Below are positions 63,573 to 64,000 of a DNA stretch of 64,000 nt, one piece after another. Source of the DNA: Eledone cirrhosa (taxonomy: Eukaryota); NCBI GenBank assembly GCA_964016885.1, contig OZ024758.1, positions 23,870,001 to 23,934,000 of the forward strand. The letters are read 5' to 3'. The notes below the pieces were generated by a model. The model was given only the letters and a program-made list of their open reading frames with translations, was not told the DNA's origin and did not search any database. Position 1 is the first letter of the stretch. Each line of letters starts with the position of its first letter. The position numbers and the translations under genes were made by a program.

Positions 63573-64000
63573 ATGAAAAGGCGCCCTGTAATCGTTACCT
63601 TAAAGTTAGTTCATAATGATTTAGAGATGGCTGGCTCCCTGAAAGTTGCACAGTCATTTGTTGTCAAAGCTCGCAAAGAGCTGAAGCCACTGATGAGGAC
63701 TTTACAGCAGTAACCAAACGTAAAACGTTCTGGTAAGGGTCCTAATACCATCAGAACATCCAAATGTGTACCATAAGAACCCGAGAAAGTCAATTAACAC
63801 CATTGCTAGGAAGCTCAAGTTTTCAAGGTACACTAACGGAAGATTTGTTCATGAGGACCTTCGATAAACGCCGTCTGTGAATCGGAGAGGCCAATTCAGG
63901 TCTACAAAGATAAAAGAAAAGCGTATGATCAGGGCAAAAGGCTTGTTGGGCAAGTTGAAACGTCAAAAGCCTGAAATGCTTTGATCATGATCAAAGAAAT
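63573..64000 (+). pseudogene. Degraded Tc1/mariner-superfamily transposase (probably DD37D/maT-like)
   Basis: MKRRPVIVTLK..DLEMAGSLKVAQSFVVKARKEL; NPRKSINTIARKL; VHEDLR*..RRGQF..KEKRMIRAKGLLGKLK. Contains stops and frameshifts. Confidence 0.65.

Overview
Repeat-saturated, AT-rich eukaryotic DNA, probably a cephalopod such as Octopus (inferred from the SINE and microsatellite content). Only one host coding exon is visible: 54329-54838, a membrane-anchored FAD-binding protein ending at a GTAAGT donor. The rest is satellites, tRNA-derived SINEs, a 5'-truncated CR1-group LINE with an uninterrupted RT ORF, RTE and CRE-type relics, and mariner, maT, Tigger, hAT and piggyBac remnants. Most long ORFs in the track are repeat artefacts. 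The main hidden signal is a dense set of small non-coding elements sitting in (TA)n tracts that carry type I hammerhead ribozyme (HHR) motifs. These include (1) a 3x422-bp tandem array at 11023-12288 with one complete HHR per unit (retrozyme-like, a candidate circular-RNA source) and a diverged monomer at 42784-43194 showing helix I covariation, and (2) several families of fold-back palindromes with full or half HHRs that share an ACTC...GAGTRCT hairpin downstream. All folds were read by eye; no search or folding program was run.
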